Counted from the first letter of the stretch, positions 19,047-29,187 are shown. The stretch is 64,000 bases of DNA from Flavobacterium sp. (GCF_044377315.1 NZ_JBILJG010000005.1:32618-96617), one strand, 5' to 3'. Notes: generated from the sequence alone by a model not told the origin. Translations and numbers: made by a program.

Positions 19047-19655
19047 ATGCTCATTATCGGAATTGCAGGCGGAACAGGAAGTGGAAAAACAACGGTCGTT
19101 CATCAAATTATGAATGAATTACCAGAAACTGAAGTCGGTATCATATCACAAGACTCTTATTACAAACAAAATATTGGTATGAGCTATGAAGAACGTAGCA
19201 ATATCAACTTCGACCACCCTAGAGCCATCGATTTTGAACTTTTAGTTTGTCATCTCAAAGATTTAAAAGCGGGTAAAACCATTGACCAACCTGTCTATTC
19301 ATTTGTAACACACAATCGCACCGACGATACTATTTCAACGCATCCAAGAAAGGTAATGATTGTCGAAGGAATTCTTATTCTTACCAATCCAGAACTTCGC
19401 GAAATGTTTGACGTAAAAGTCTTTGTGCATGCCGATTCTGACGAACGTCTTATTCGTCGACTAAAACGCGATATTGCCGAGCGTGGTCGTGACATGGAAG
19501 AAGTGCTAAATCGTTACCAAACAACGCTTAAACCAATGCACCAGCAATTCATCGAACCTACCAAAGCCTTTGCCGATATCATCATTCCTAACGATAAATA
19601 TAACACAGTAGCTATTGATGTTGTTAGAGCGGTAATTAATCAACGTTTATCATAA
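19047..19655 (+). CDS. udk: Uridine kinase
   Basis: 202 aa with the P-loop GIAGGTGSGKTT and uridine kinase-type conservation throughout. Confidence 0.93.
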   Translation: MLIIGIAGGTGSGKTTVVHQIMNELPETEVGIISQDSYYKQNIGMSYEERSNINFDHPRAIDFELLVCHLKDLKAGKTIDQPVYSFVTHNRTDDTISTHPRKVMIVEGILILTNPELREMFDVKVFVHADSDERLIRRLKRDIAERGRDMEEVLNRYQTTLKPMHQQFIEPTKAFADIIIPNDKYNTVAIDVVRAVINQRLS

Positions 19656-19675
19656 TTTTTTAGTACCTTTAATAA

Positions 19676-20017
19676 ATGGAAAATCCAAAAAAAAAGAAAT
19701 CAGCTCTACTCCAATTTATTAGCAATAAATACGTTTGGGTGTTGTTGTTCTTTATCATTTGGATGTTTTTTCTGGACAACTATTCCTATTTTGACCATCG
19801 TTTTCTAAACAAACAAATCGATGAACTCGAAACCAACAAAGAATACTATCAAGAAGAAATCAAAAAAGACGAACAAAACATTAAATTACTAAAAAATCCC
19901 AATCAAATAGAAAAATACGCTCGCGAAAAATACTATATGAAAAAGGACAGCGAAGATATTTACATAATAGAATTTGAAGATCAAAGAATAAAAGATAGCC
20001 TATTAGAAGCACAATAA
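19676..20017 (+). CDS. Septum formation initiator (FtsB/DivIC-like) protein
   Basis: 113 aa with one N-terminal TM helix (YVWVLLFFIIWMFFL) followed by a coiled coil (IDELETNKEYYQEEIKKDEQNIKLL). Confidence 0.65.
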   Translation: MENPKKKKSALLQFISNKYVWVLLFFIIWMFFLDNYSYFDHRFLNKQIDELETNKEYYQEEIKKDEQNIKLLKNPNQIEKYAREKYYMKKDSEDIYIIEFEDQRIKDSLLEAQ

Positions 20018-20031
20018 TAGTGGTTCTAACA

Positions 20032-20126
20032 GATTCAGTCCTGCTCTCCATTATACCTGCAGGCAGGCAGGTAGGTATTTTTCTTTTTAAAGAAAAAAGA
20101 AAAAGGATGCCATTACGATCAGGGCT
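20032..20126 (-). repeat. Intergenic palindromic element, copy C (reverse orientation)
   Basis: The reverse complement reads AGCCCTGATCGTAATGGCATCC - hairpin TTTTTCTTTTT/TCTTT/AAAAAGAAAAA - extra hairpin ACCTGC/CTGCCT/GCAGGT - ATAATGGAGAGCAGGACTGAATC. Confidence 0.75.
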
Positions 20127-20172
20127 ATTTTAGACTTTTTATTTTCTTTTACAACCATAAAAAATTAAAAAA

Positions 20173-21537
20173 GTGTCAAACAACAACCTTTTTTCCAATT
20201 TCGACCCTATTTCTTCCAAACAATGGAAACAACAAATTCAGTACGAACTTAAAGGAGCCGATTATAACGAAACCTTAGTATGGGAAAGCCCTGAAGGCAT
20301 CAAAGTAAAACCTTTTTATCACCTTGACGAATTGGATGTCAAAAACAATGTATCAGCACCAACAAACGCTTTTACTATTTTACAAAACATCTTTGTTTAC
20401 GACGTTAAAAAATCTAACAAAACAGCTTTAGAAACCTTATCGCGTGGCGCAGAAAGCATCCGATTTACAATAGAAAACGAAACCATTTCTATCGAAGAGC
20501 TAATGCAAAATCTTCCTTTAGAAAAAGTTTCCTATTACTTTTATTTGTCATTTCTTTCAATCGATTTCGTTACCAAGCTAACTAACTTTGCTTCCCAAAA
20601 TAAAGCAAATTTCAAAATCCTACTAGATCCAATCGGACAATTAGCCAAAGACGGAAACTGGTTTGAAAATCTTGATAAGGATTTCGAAAAACTAAATGCA
20701 ATCGCTGCTAAATCAACAAATCCATTTTTAAGTTGCAACGCCAATTTATATGATAATACTGGCGCTAATATGGTGCAGCAAGTTGCCTACACAATAGCGC
20801 ACATAAACGAATATTTCAACAGAATTCCTTCTATAAACCAACCTATAACTATTGAAGTTTCAGTTGGAACCAATTATTTCTTCGAAATTGCCAAACTTCG
20901 TGCTTTGCGACTGGTTTTCAACTCACTTGCTAAAGAATACAACCATCATTTTGATTGTCATATTGTAACAACACCAACCAAACGCAACAAAACATTATAC
21001 GATTACAATGTAAATATGCTACGCACCACAACCGAATGTATGTCGGCTATACTTGGTGGTGCCAATGCCGTTGCCAACTTACCTTATGACGCATTATATC
21101 ACAAAGACAATGAATTTGGTGACAGAATTTCGAGAAATCAATTATTGGTTCTTAAGCACGAGAGTTATTTTGACAAAGTAAACAATCCTGCTGATGGTGC
21201 TTATTATATCGAAAGCATCACGCAACAACTAGCCGAAAAAGCACTCGATTTATTCAAAGATATTGAACGAAATAGTGGTTTCATTACCCAACTTATAGAA
21301 GGAACTATCCAAAGAAAAATTTCCGAAAGCGCTGCCAAACAACAAGAGTTATTCGATTCTGGAAAAGAAGTTTTACTGGGAACAAACAAATATCCCAACA
21401 AAAACGACCGAATGAAAGACGAATTGGAATTGTACCCATTTGTAAAACAAAATCCAAGAAAAACGTTAATCACACCTATAATCGAAAAACGTTTAGCCGA
21501 AAAATTGGAACAAGAAAGATTATCTCAAGAACAATAA
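20173..21537 (+). CDS. mutA: Methylmalonyl-CoA mutase small (beta) subunit
   Basis: 454 aa with a GTG start. It resembles the MCM substrate barrel but has no C-terminal B12-binding domain. Its stop lies 2 nt before the large-subunit start. Confidence 0.85.
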   Translation: MSNNNLFSNFDPISSKQWKQQIQYELKGADYNETLVWESPEGIKVKPFYHLDELDVKNNVSAPTNAFTILQNIFVYDVKKSNKTALETLSRGAESIRFTIENETISIEELMQNLPLEKVSYYFYLSFLSIDFVTKLTNFASQNKANFKILLDPIGQLAKDGNWFENLDKDFEKLNAIAAKSTNPFLSCNANLYDNTGANMVQQVAYTIAHINEYFNRIPSINQPITIEVSVGTNYFFEIAKLRALRLVFNSLAKEYNHHFDCHIVTTPTKRNKTLYDYNVNMLRTTTECMSAILGGANAVANLPYDALYHKDNEFGDRISRNQLLVLKHESYFDKVNNPADGAYYIESITQQLAEKALDLFKDIERNSGFITQLIEGTIQRKISESAAKQQELFDSGKEVLLGTNKYPNKNDRMKDELELYPFVKQNPRKTLITPIIEKRLAEKLEQERLSQEQ

Positions 21538-21539
21538 CC

Positions 21540-23723
21540 ATGAGAAAAGATATCCAAAATATTACGTTACAAAATTCCAAAAAAGAAATTCCAAATTCCA
21601 ACAACTTGGAACTTGAAACCTTAAACTTGGAACCAACTTTCCACACTGCCGAAAACATTGAGCTAAAACCAATCTATTCCAAACAAGACATCGAAAACTT
21701 GGAACATCTAGGTTTTGGAGCTGGTTTTGCCCCCAACCTTCGCGGACCTTATGCCACCATGTACGTTCGCAGACCTTGGACCATAAGACAATACGCTGGT
21801 TTTTCAACTGCCGAAGAAAGTAACGCTTTTTACAGACGAAATCTTGCGGCAGGACAGAAAGGGCTTTCTGTAGCCTTTGACCTTGCTACTCATCGCGGTT
21901 ACGATTCTGACCACGAACGTGTGGTTGGCGATGTCGGAAAAGCAGGTGTTGCCATCGACTCGGTGGAAGATATGAAAGTGCTTTTTGACCAAATTCCATT
22001 AGGAGAAATGTCGGTTTCTATGACAATGAACGGTGCCGTTTTGCCTATCATGGCTTTTTACATCGTGGCTGCCGAAGAACAAGGTGTTTCATCCAATTTA
22101 CTTTCAGGAACTATTCAAAATGATATTCTTAAGGAATTCATGGTGCGTAATACTTATATTTATCCGCCAACGCCTTCGATGAAAATCATTGCTGATATTT
22201 TTGAATATACTAGCAAAAATATGCCCAAATTTAACTCTATTTCTATTTCGGGTTACCACATGCAAGAAGCTGGTGCTACGGCCGATATCGAACTAGCATA
22301 CACATTAGCCGACGGTTTAGAATACATTCGAACCGGATTGGCAACAGGTATGAAAATAGACGAGTTTGCTCCTCGCCTATCGTTCTTTTGGGCTATTGGT
22401 ATGAACCATTTTATGGAAATTGCCAAAATGCGAGCAGGTAGAATGTTATGGGCAAAACTCCTAAAACAATTCAATCCGCAAGACGAAAAATCTTTAGCAT
22501 TGCGAACACACTGCCAAACTTCGGGTTGGAGTTTAACCGAGCAAGATCCTTTCAATAATGTGGCAAGAACAGCTATCGAAGCGGCGGCAGCTGCTTTTGG
22601 AGGAACTCAATCGTTACACACCAATGCGCTAGACGAAGCGATTGCATTACCAACCGATTTCTCGGCACGAATTGCTCGTAACACACAAATATTTTTGCAA
22701 GAAGAAACCAAAATTTGCAAAACCGTTGACCCTTGGGCTGGTAGCTATTATGTAGAAAGCCTAACCAACGAAATTGCACAAAACGCTTGGAAACTAATTG
22801 AAGAAGTCGAAGAATTGGGCGGTATGACCAAAGCCATCGAAGCCGGAATTCCGAAATTACGTATTGAAGAAGCTTCGGCACGTAAACAAGCGCGTATTGA
22901 CAGCAACCAAGATATTATTGTGGGTATCAATAAATACCGCTTGGAAAAAGAAGATCCATTGCATATTTTAGATGTCGATAACCAAATGGTTCGCAAGCAA
23001 CAAATAGAACGTTTGGATCATATAAAAGCCACTCGCGACAACAACAAAGTAAAAGCAAGTTTAGCAAAATTAACCAATTGTGCAAAAGCATTTAGTACAA
23101 AAACAACAGATTCTGATTTGCATCAGAATGACAATTTACTAGCTTTGGCAGTAGAAGCCGCACGCAACAGAGCAACACTAGGCGAAATTAGCGATGCACT
23201 CGAAGCGGTTTTTGGAAGATACAAAGCACAAATAAAAACTTTTAGTGGTGTGTATAGCAAAGAAATAAAAAACGATGCAAGCTTTGAAAAAGCAAAACAA
23301 TTGGCCGATGCTTTCGCCAAAAAAGAAGGCCGTCGACCACGTATTATGATTGCCAAAATGGGACAAGATGGTCACGACCGTGGTGCCAAAGTAGTAGCAA
23401 CAGGTTACGCAGATGTAGGTTTTGATGTGGATATAGGCCCACTTTTCCAAACACCTGCCGAAGCGGCTAAACAAGCCGTAGAAAACGACGTGCATATTTT
23501 GGGCGTTTCTTCACTAGCAGCTGGACACAAAACATTGGTGCCACAAGTTATTGAAGAACTCAAAAAATACGGACGCGAAGATATTATGATCATTGTAGGT
23601 GGCGTTATACCCGCACAAGACTACCAATATCTTTTTGATGCTGGTGCCGTAGCTGTTTTTGGTCCTGGTACTAAAATTAGCGATGCTGCTATTAGTATTT
23701 TAGAAGTTCTTTTGGAGGAATAG
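21540..23723 (+). CDS. scpA: Methylmalonyl-CoA mutase large (alpha) subunit
   Basis: 727 aa with a TIM-barrel substrate domain ([19 protein letters not shown]..) and a C-terminal cobalamin-binding DxHxxG motif ([10 protein letters not shown]). Confidence 0.95.
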   Translation: MRKDIQNITLQNSKKEIPNSNNLELETLNLEPTFHTAENIELKPIYSKQDIENLEHLGFGAGFAPNLRGPYATMYVRRPWTIRQYAGFSTAEESNAFYRRNLAAGQKGLSVAFDLATHRGYDSDHERVVGDVGKAGVAIDSVEDMKVLFDQIPLGEMSVSMTMNGAVLPIMAFYIVAAEEQGVSSNLLSGTIQNDILKEFMVRNTYIYPPTPSMKIIADIFEYTSKNMPKFNSISISGYHMQEAGATADIELAYTLADGLEYIRTGLATGMKIDEFAPRLSFFWAIGMNHFMEIAKMRAGRMLWAKLLKQFNPQDEKSLALRTHCQTSGWSLTEQDPFNNVARTAIEAAAAAFGGTQSLHTNALDEAIALPTDFSARIARNTQIFLQEETKICKTVDPWAGSYYVESLTNEIAQNAWKLIEEVEELGGMTKAIEAGIPKLRIEEASARKQARIDSNQDIIVGINKYRLEKEDPLHILDVDNQMVRKQQIERLDHIKATRDNNKVKASLAKLTNCAKAFSTKTTDSDLHQNDNLLALAVEAARNRATLGEISDALEAVFGRYKAQIKTFSGVYSKEIKNDASFEKAKQLADAFAKKEGRRPRIMIAKMGQDGHDRGAKVVATGYADVGFDVDIGPLFQTPAEAAKQAVENDVHILGVSSLAAGHKTLVPQVIEELKKYGREDIMIIVGGVIPAQDYQYLFDAGAVAVFGPGTKISDAAISILEVLLEE

Positions 23724-23733
23724 AATAGTTAGT

Positions 23734-23766
23734 AAACCTGACAGGTTTTAAAAACCAGTCAGGTTT
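23734..23766 (+). terminator. Stem-loop after scpA, a possible terminator without a strong T-run
   Basis: AAACCTGAC-N15-GTCAGGTTT. The first arm is itself palindromic (AAACCTG-A-CAGGTTT). Confidence 0.4.
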
Positions 23767-23780
23767 AAAAGATAAATTTT

Positions 23781-23935
23781 ATGGAAAAACAGGAACTGAA
23801 AAATGTGATAAACTAGAAAAAGGTTACGAGCATTTCAAACTTGGGGCAAAAATTTACGAGGTAAAAATTTACGAGGTAAAAATTGAAAAAGGTTTAACAC
23901 GAGAAGAACTTGCTCAGAAAATTGGTAATTGTTAA
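23781..23935 (+). pseudogene. Truncated XRE/HigA-like HTH antitoxin gene fragment
   Basis: The open frame reads ..YGKTGTEKCDKLEKGYEHFKLGAKIYEVKIYEVKIEKGLTREELAQKIGNC*. It matches the N-terminal half of HigA-type XRE proteins (GKxGTxKRDxxE..LGxxI..R..LTQEELAxKxG) and stops inside the HTH. The only nearby ATG (23781) is out of frame. A 15-bp tandem duplication lies at 23848-23877. Confidence 0.45.
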
Positions 23936-24138
23936 ATACAAGTTTTGTATATATTTTATAATCAATAGTTTTGAAAATCATATACTTTATGAAGCTCGAG
24001 AACGTTTTTCTATTTCAGATATAAATAGTTGCCAAAGAAAGGATCTCGTTGTAACCTAAACAGTTCTATAAGACAATCAGTTTTTGAATAGCTAAGTTAG
24101 TTTCCTAGCTGTTTTTTTTTATAAATTATAACTCAATA

Positions 24139-24475
24139 TCAACCAACTCTCAACCCATTTCCCACTTTCAAATCTGATGACAACAAAACAATATCATCTT
24201 CATTGATAGAACCTAAAATCAAACATTCACTGCTAAAATTTCCTATTTGCTTTTTTGTAAAATTGACTACGGCGATAATTTATTTACCAACCAAATCTTT
24301 TCTCGAATAAAGCTTTGTTAGTTGTGCAGAAGATTTTTTTATTCCTATTTCGTTACCAAAATCAATTCGTAATTGATAAGCTGGTTTTCTTGCTTCGGGA
24401 AAAATCACTTACTTCAAGAATTGTGCCTACTCGCATTTCTATTTTTTCAAAATCATCCCAAGAAATCAACTCCAT
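24139..24475 (-). pseudogene. tRNA-binding (CsaA/EMAP-type) protein pseudogene
   Basis: The minus strand reads [25 protein letters not shown][+1 nt][85 protein letters not shown]. There is one extra base in the A/T5 run at 24400-24404 and an in-frame TAA at 24280-24282. The length is 337 nt, which is 3n+1. Confidence 0.7.
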
Positions 24476-24496
24476 AATATAATTCAAAATAAATTT

Positions 24497-24958
24497 CTAT
24501 TTACCAAACAAATTTTCTGCAACCCAAGCTGGTCCAATTAGTAGAAATTGTAAATCTTTTAGGAAAGAAGGCTTTTTCCCTTCGACATTATGACCGTAAA
24601 ATTGACCAATCCAAGCAATACTAAAAATAGTCATTGAAAAAATCCATAAGGATACATATTGACTTATATAGAAGTTTAAAACCAAACATAAAACGGCGAA
24701 AATTGCAATCTTAAATGCCATTTTAATAGACAATCTAAGATAAAACAGAAGTACAAAAATAAGTACAACTGTTGCCCAGTTTTCTATAATAGGTAAATTT
24801 AAAGAAAGTACTGATTTTAAAAAATCACTTGGAATACTCATCAGCAAACCAACAATAGAAAAGAAAATCATTGGCACACAAATATAATGAATAGCTTTAT
24901 TCACAGGATTTTTATGACTTTCTCCATATTCATCAAACCATTGTTGTAGTGTTTTCAT
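24497..24958 (-). CDS. DUF962/Mpo1-like membrane protein
   Basis: 153 aa. The N-terminus LQQWFDEYGESHKNPVNKAIHYICVPMIFFS and the later GHNVEGKKPSF motif are typical of the YGL010w/DUF962 family. It has 4 TM segments. Confidence 0.8.
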   Translation of the reverse strand: MKTLQQWFDEYGESHKNPVNKAIHYICVPMIFFSIVGLLMSIPSDFLKSVLSLNLPIIENWATVVLIFVLLFYLRLSIKMAFKIAIFAVLCLVLNFYISQYVSLWIFSMTIFSIAWIGQFYGHNVEGKKPSFLKDLQFLLIGPAWVAENLFGK

Positions 24959-24971
24959 ATTTTAAATAGGT

Positions 24972-25262
24972 TTAATTCATAGTCAAATAAGCATATATTT
25001 TTTCTCTTTCTTGATCTGTAATTTTGGCTTTCTCTTGCATACTTACTAAAATTGGCTTCCATTGTTCGGCTGTATAATCTTTGGGTTTAAACAATTCATG
25101 ACACTTTGCACAATTGTTTTCGTAAGACATTTTGGCTGCAATCAAGTCGGGAGTTAGCTCGATTTTAGCAATTTGACTAGTACTTGTTGTTGGAGAAGTT
25201 TTTGGTGAACAAGCAAAAATTAGCAATGCCATCGCGGATATAATTGATGTTTTTGATTTCAT
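24972..25262 (-). CDS. Small c-type cytochrome lipoprotein
   Basis: 96 aa with a signal peptide and lipobox (LLIFACS) and a single CxxCH haem motif (CAKCH). Confidence 0.7.
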   Translation of the reverse strand: MKSKTSIISAMALLIFACSPKTSPTTSTSQIAKIELTPDLIAAKMSYENNCAKCHELFKPKDYTAEQWKPILVSMQEKAKITDQEREKIYAYLTMN

Positions 25263-25297
25263 TTTTTAGTTGTTTTTTGGATTATAAAAAGTAAATA

Positions 25298-25331
25298 TAA
25301 AAAAATCCCAATAGAATTAACTATCAGGATT
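25298..25331 (-). terminator. Intrinsic terminator of the PPIase gene
   Basis: The minus strand reads AATCCTGATAG-TTAATT-CTATTGGGATT followed by T7. Confidence 0.7.
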
Positions 25332-25432
25332 CATTTTTAACTTCATATCTCGTATTTCTTATCTCGTAAGATTTCGAAAAATTCGGAATAAGTGATTCAC
25401 ACAATTTAATTTCATAAAATTAAGTTCTCTAC

Positions 25433-26365
25433 TTACTTCACGTCCATCAATTCAACATCAAAAACCAAAGTTGCATTAGGTGGAATTACACCGCCAGCAC
25501 CACTTGTTCCGTAGCCTAAATACGATGGAATTACAAAACGAGCTTTATCACCCACCTGTAATAATTGAATTCCTTCATCCCAACCATCAATAACATGTCC
25601 TTTTCCTAACGGGAATTCGATTGGTTTTTTTCTTGGATAAGAAGAATCAAACGTTTTACCATTTTCTAATTGTCCTGTATAATGAACAGAAACAGTTTTT
25701 CCAGCTTCTGCTTTTTTACCATTTCCTTTTTGGATAATTTTATAACGCAAACCGCTTTCTGTTTTGTCAAAACCAGCTGCTAATTTTTCCATTGCTTCCT
25801 CAGCTTGTTTTTTAGCTTCTTCAATTCTTCTTAACCTTGAACCTTCAAAAGTTCTGAAAGCCTCGATAGCATTCCACTTTTCTGCCTCTTCACCTTCTCT
25901 AACAATTTCTACTGTTTCAAGTAAATCACCTTGCGCTACAGCATCAACAATGTCTTGTCCTTCAACAACATGACCAAAAACAGAATGTTTACCATCTAAC
26001 CATGGTGTTGGTACATGCGTTATGAAAAACTGAGTTCCGTTGGTTCCTGGTCCAGCATTTGCCATTGATAAAACACCTGGTTTATCATGCTTTAAAGTTG
26101 AGTTAAACTCATCATCAAACTTATAACCACCATCGCCAGTTCCTGTTCCAAGTGGGCAACCACCTTGAATCATAAAATCTGGTATTACCCTGTGGAATTT
26201 TAATCCATCATAATACGGTTTTCCCATTGATTTTACTGAGTTTTCTAATTGACCTTCTGCCAATCCGACAAAGTTTCCAACTGTTCCAGGGGTTAAATCG
26301 TGTGTTAATTTTACTAAAATTGAACCTTTTGAAGTGTTAAATTTAGCGTATATTCCGTTTTCCAT
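25433..26365 (-). CDS. Dual-family peptidyl-prolyl isomerase (cyclophilin-FKBP fusion)
   Basis: 310 aa. The N-terminal half is cyclophilin-type ([39 protein letters not shown]). A helical linker follows. The C-terminal half is FKBP-type ([45 protein letters not shown]). Confidence 0.9.
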   Translation of the reverse strand: MENGIYAKFNTSKGSILVKLTHDLTPGTVGNFVGLAEGQLENSVKSMGKPYYDGLKFHRVIPDFMIQGGCPLGTGTGDGGYKFDDEFNSTLKHDKPGVLSMANAGPGTNGTQFFITHVPTPWLDGKHSVFGHVVEGQDIVDAVAQGDLLETVEIVREGEEAEKWNAIEAFRTFEGSRLRRIEEAKKQAEEAMEKLAAGFDKTESGLRYKIIQKGNGKKAEAGKTVSVHYTGQLENGKTFDSSYPRKKPIEFPLGKGHVIDGWDEGIQLLQVGDKARFVIPSYLGYGTSGAGGVIPPNATLVFDVELMDVK

Positions 26366-26390
26366 TCTATTGTATTTTTTATTTGTGGTG

Positions 26391-26398
26391 CAAATTTA
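26391..26398 (-). promoter_or_regulatory. -7 promoter box (TAAATTTG) for the PPIase gene
   Basis: The minus strand reads TAAATTTG, 26 nt upstream of the ATG. Confidence 0.5.
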
Positions 26399-26528
26399 CA
26401 AAATTAAAATTGTTCTAATTTAACATTAGAGCAATTTGAGAATATATTTTACATTCATTTACTTTTATTAACCTGTTAGGAATAAAAAATTGGAAAAAAA
26501 GCGGTAGTAGCTTCTAAAGAATAATTTT

Positions 26529-26536
26529 TATCTTTG
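26529..26536 (+). promoter_or_regulatory. -7 promoter box (TATCTTTG) for trmD
   Basis: The box ends only 4 nt before the trmD ATG. The 16-nt ATAATTTTTATCTTTG is shared with the kinase promoter. Confidence 0.5.
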
Positions 26537-26540
26537 CCAA

Positions 26541-27218
26541 ATGCGAATAGATATCATTACCATTTTACCAGAATTACTGCGAAGTCCTTTTGAAGCATCA
26601 ATTATGAAACGTGCTATTGATAAAGGCTTAGTGGAAGTTCATTTTCATAATTTGAGAGATTATACAACCAATAAACAGAAATCGGTTGATGATTATCCTT
26701 TTGGTGGAGGTGCTGGAATGGTGATGATGGTGCAACCTATTGACGCTTGTATTACTCATTTGAAAAGTCAACGTGACTATGATGAAGTTATTTATATGTC
26801 GCCTGATGGAGAAACACTTAACCAAAAAATGGCCAATACAGCATCGATGTACGAAAACATAATTATTTTGTGCGGGCATTATAAAGGTGTTGATCAACGC
26901 GTTCGCGACCATTTTATTACCAAAGAAATTTCGATTGGTGATTATGTATTAAGTGGTGGCGAAATTGGAGCCATAGTTTTTTGCGATGCTATAATTAGAT
27001 TAATTCCTGGTGTTTTGAGTGATGAAACCTCAGCTTTGACCGATAGTTTTCAAGACGGATTACTTTCGGGACCAATATATACAAGACCTGCCGAATACAA
27101 AGGATGGAAAGTGCCCGAAGTTTTAACCAGCGGACATTTTGCCAAAATTGACAAATGGCGAGAAGATATGGCGTTTGAACATACTAAGAATAGACGACCT
27201 GATTTGTTGGAAGATTAG
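26541..27218 (+). CDS. trmD: tRNA (guanine37-N1)-methyltransferase
   Basis: 225 aa with TrmD/SPOUT signatures (IDIITILPE.., [34 protein letters not shown]). Confidence 0.95.
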   Translation: MRIDIITILPELLRSPFEASIMKRAIDKGLVEVHFHNLRDYTTNKQKSVDDYPFGGGAGMVMMVQPIDACITHLKSQRDYDEVIYMSPDGETLNQKMANTASMYENIIILCGHYKGVDQRVRDHFITKEISIGDYVLSGGEIGAIVFCDAIIRLIPGVLSDETSALTDSFQDGLLSGPIYTRPAEYKGWKVPEVLTSGHFAKIDKWREDMAFEHTKNRRPDLLED

Positions 27219-27313
27219 TCACAGTTGACAGTCGCAGTAATCAGTATAAAACTGTAAACTGAAAACTGAGACTGAAAACTAAAATGAAAAGTTGTTTATT
27301 TAAAATAAAGTTG

Positions 27314-27321
27314 TAAATTTG
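27314..27321 (+). promoter_or_regulatory. -7 promoter box (TAAATTTG) for rplS
   Basis: Matches TAnnTTTG, 73 nt upstream of the ATG, which implies a ~70-nt leader. Confidence 0.5.
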
Positions 27322-27394
27322 CACCCACATTTGACCAACCTCTGGCGAAAACCGCGAATGTTGCTCAGATTTTAAACCATAATTAGCAATTAAA

Positions 27395-27745
27395 ATGGCA
27401 AATTTAGTAGATTTCGTTAATAGCGAATTTGTAACAAGAAAAGATTTCCCTGTATTTGGAGCTGGTGATACTATCACAGTTTACTACGAAATTAAAGAGG
27501 GTGAAAAAACAAGAACTCAGTTTTTTAAAGGAGTGGTTATTCAAAGAAGAGGTTCTGGATCTACAGAAACTTTCACAATCCGTAAAATGTCTGGTGCAAT
27601 TGGTGTAGAGCGTATCTTCCCAGTAAACTTACCAGCTTTACAAAAAATTGAAATTAACAAGAAAGGTGCTGTACGTAGAGCAAGAATTTTCTACTTCAGA
27701 GAACTTACTGGTAAAAAAGCAAAAATTAAAGATAAAAGAAGATAA
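27395..27745 (+). CDS. rplS: 50S ribosomal protein L19
   Basis: 116 aa with the FxxGDTITVxYxIxEGxKxRxQxFxGVVIxxRG signature. Confidence 0.95.
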   Translation: MANLVDFVNSEFVTRKDFPVFGAGDTITVYYEIKEGEKTRTQFFKGVVIQRRGSGSTETFTIRKMSGAIGVERIFPVNLPALQKIEINKKGAVRRARIFYFRELTGKKAKIKDKRR

Positions 27746-27767
27746 TTCTTTTTTCACAATTTATAGA

Positions 27768-27796
27768 AAGTCTCGATTCGTTCGAGACTTTTTTTA
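27768..27796 (+). terminator. Intrinsic terminator of rplS
   Basis: AAGTCTCGA-TTCGT-TCGAGACTT followed by a T-run. Confidence 0.8.
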
Positions 27797-27911
27797 TACA
27801 AAAATAGCGGGTTCAAATTATCAAATTCGTAATTTAAAAACCTTAAAATCGTAATTTAATAATTCAATCGATTTCGTACCTAAAGTATTTATTTTAAAGG
27901 TTTAAATTCTA

Positions 27912-27919
27912 TATATTTG
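27912..27919 (+). promoter_or_regulatory. -7 promoter box (TATATTTG) for icd
   Basis: Matches TAnnTTTG, 44 nt upstream of the ATG. Confidence 0.5.
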
Positions 27920-27963
27920 TTTCCGCTATTTTTTTTAAAACAAACAAACAAAACACAATTAAT

Positions 27964-29187
27964 ATGGCAAAAATTAAAGTAGCCAATCCAGTAGTCGAAT
28001 TGGATGGCGATGAAATGACACGAATTATTTGGCGATTTATTAAAGACAAATTAATCCTTCCTTATTTAGATTTAGATATCAAATACTACGATTTAGGCAT
28101 AGAAAGTAGAGAAGCTACCAAAGACCAAATTACAATAGACTCTGCCGAAGCAATAAAAAAATATAATGTTGGTATCAAATGCGCTACTATCACTCCAGAC
28201 GAAGAGCGCGTAAAAGAATTCAACTTATCAGAAATGTGGAAATCGCCAAACGGAACCATTCGTAATATAGTGGGCGGAACTGTTTTTCGTGAGCCAATTA
28301 TTATGCGCAATGTACCAAGATATGTTCAAGGTTGGACAAAACCAATCGTTATAGGGCGTCACGCTTTTGGAGATCAATATAAAGCTACTGATAAAGTTAT
28401 TAAAGGAAAAGGTACTTTAACCATGTCATTTACAAACGAAGCTGGAGAAACTACTGAATGGAAAGTTTATGACTTCAAAGGTGATGGTGTAGCCATGTCA
28501 ATGTACAATACTGACGAAAGTATATACGGATTTGCTCATTCTTCTTTTCAAATGGCGTTGACAAAAAAATGGCCATTATATCTTTCTACTAAAAACACAA
28601 TCTTGAAAGCATACGACGGAAGATTTAAAGATATTTTTGAAGAAGTTTTTCAACAACACTACAAAGCCGATTTTGATGCAAACGGAATGGTTTACGAACA
28701 CAGACTTATTGACGACATGGTTGCATCTGCAATGAAATGGAACGGTGGATTTGTTTGGGCTTGTAAAAACTATGATGGTGATGTTCAATCAGATACTGTT
28801 GCGCAAGGTTTCGGCTCACTAGGATTAATGACTTCTGTATTAGTAACTCCAGATGGAAAAACAGTTGAAGCCGAAGCAGCTCACGGAACGGTAACACGTC
28901 ACTACAGAATGCACCAACAAGGAAAAGCAACTTCTACCAACCCAATTGCCTCAATCTTTGCTTGGACAAGAGGTTTAGAACATAGAGGAAAATTAGATGG
29001 AAATCAAGACTTAATTAATTTCTGTAATGCTTTAGAGCAAGTTTGTATAGACACAGTTGAATCTGGAAAAATGACCAAAGATTTAGCAATGCTAGTAAAA
29101 CCAAAAGGTTTAACAGATGCTGATTACCTAACAACAGAAGCTTTCTTAGAAGCGATTAAAACCAACTTAGACAATAAATTAGGATAA
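27964..29187 (+). CDS. icd: NADP-dependent isocitrate dehydrogenase (eukaryote-like subfamily II)
   Basis: 407 aa. [23 protein letters not shown].., NGTIRNI and [16 protein letters not shown] are typical of type II homodimeric IDH. Confidence 0.95.
   Translation: MAKIKVANPVVELDGDEMTRIIWRFIKDKLILPYLDLDIKYYDLGIESREATKDQITIDSAEAIKKYNVGIKCATITPDEERVKEFNLSEMWKSPNGTIRNIVGGTVFREPIIMRNVPRYVQGWTKPIVIGRHAFGDQYKATDKVIKGKGTLTMSFTNEAGETTEWKVYDFKGDGVAMSMYNTDESIYGFAHSSFQMALTKKWPLYLSTKNTILKAYDGRFKDIFEEVFQQHYKADFDANGMVYEHRLIDDMVASAMKWNGGFVWACKNYDGDVQSDTVAQGFGSLGLMTSVLVTPDGKTVEAEAAHGTVTRHYRMHQQGKATSTNPIASIFAWTRGLEHRGKLDGNQDLINFCNALEQVCIDTVESGKMTKDLAMLVKPKGLTDADYLTTEAFLEAIKTNLDNKLG

Noticed and set aside
20018-20172. 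Cobalamin riboswitch upstream of the B12-dependent methylmalonyl-CoA mutase genes (also checked upstream of both TonB-dependent receptors)
   Set aside because: No B12-box (rAGYCMGgAgaCCkGCc-like) sequence is present. The spacer is occupied by repeat element copy C.
21562-23593. Many antisense ORFs of 60-105 aa inside scpA, with similar ones inside typA, carB and the DUF349 gene
   Set aside because: They lie opposite strongly conserved, confidently identified coding sequence. They are typical antisense open frames in locally GC-richer, codon-biased genes, and none carries a recognisable motif.
27241-27477. 78-aa minus-strand ORF across the rplS promoter and start
   Set aside because: It overlaps the rplS -7 box, leader and first codons, has low-complexity content, and shows no motif.
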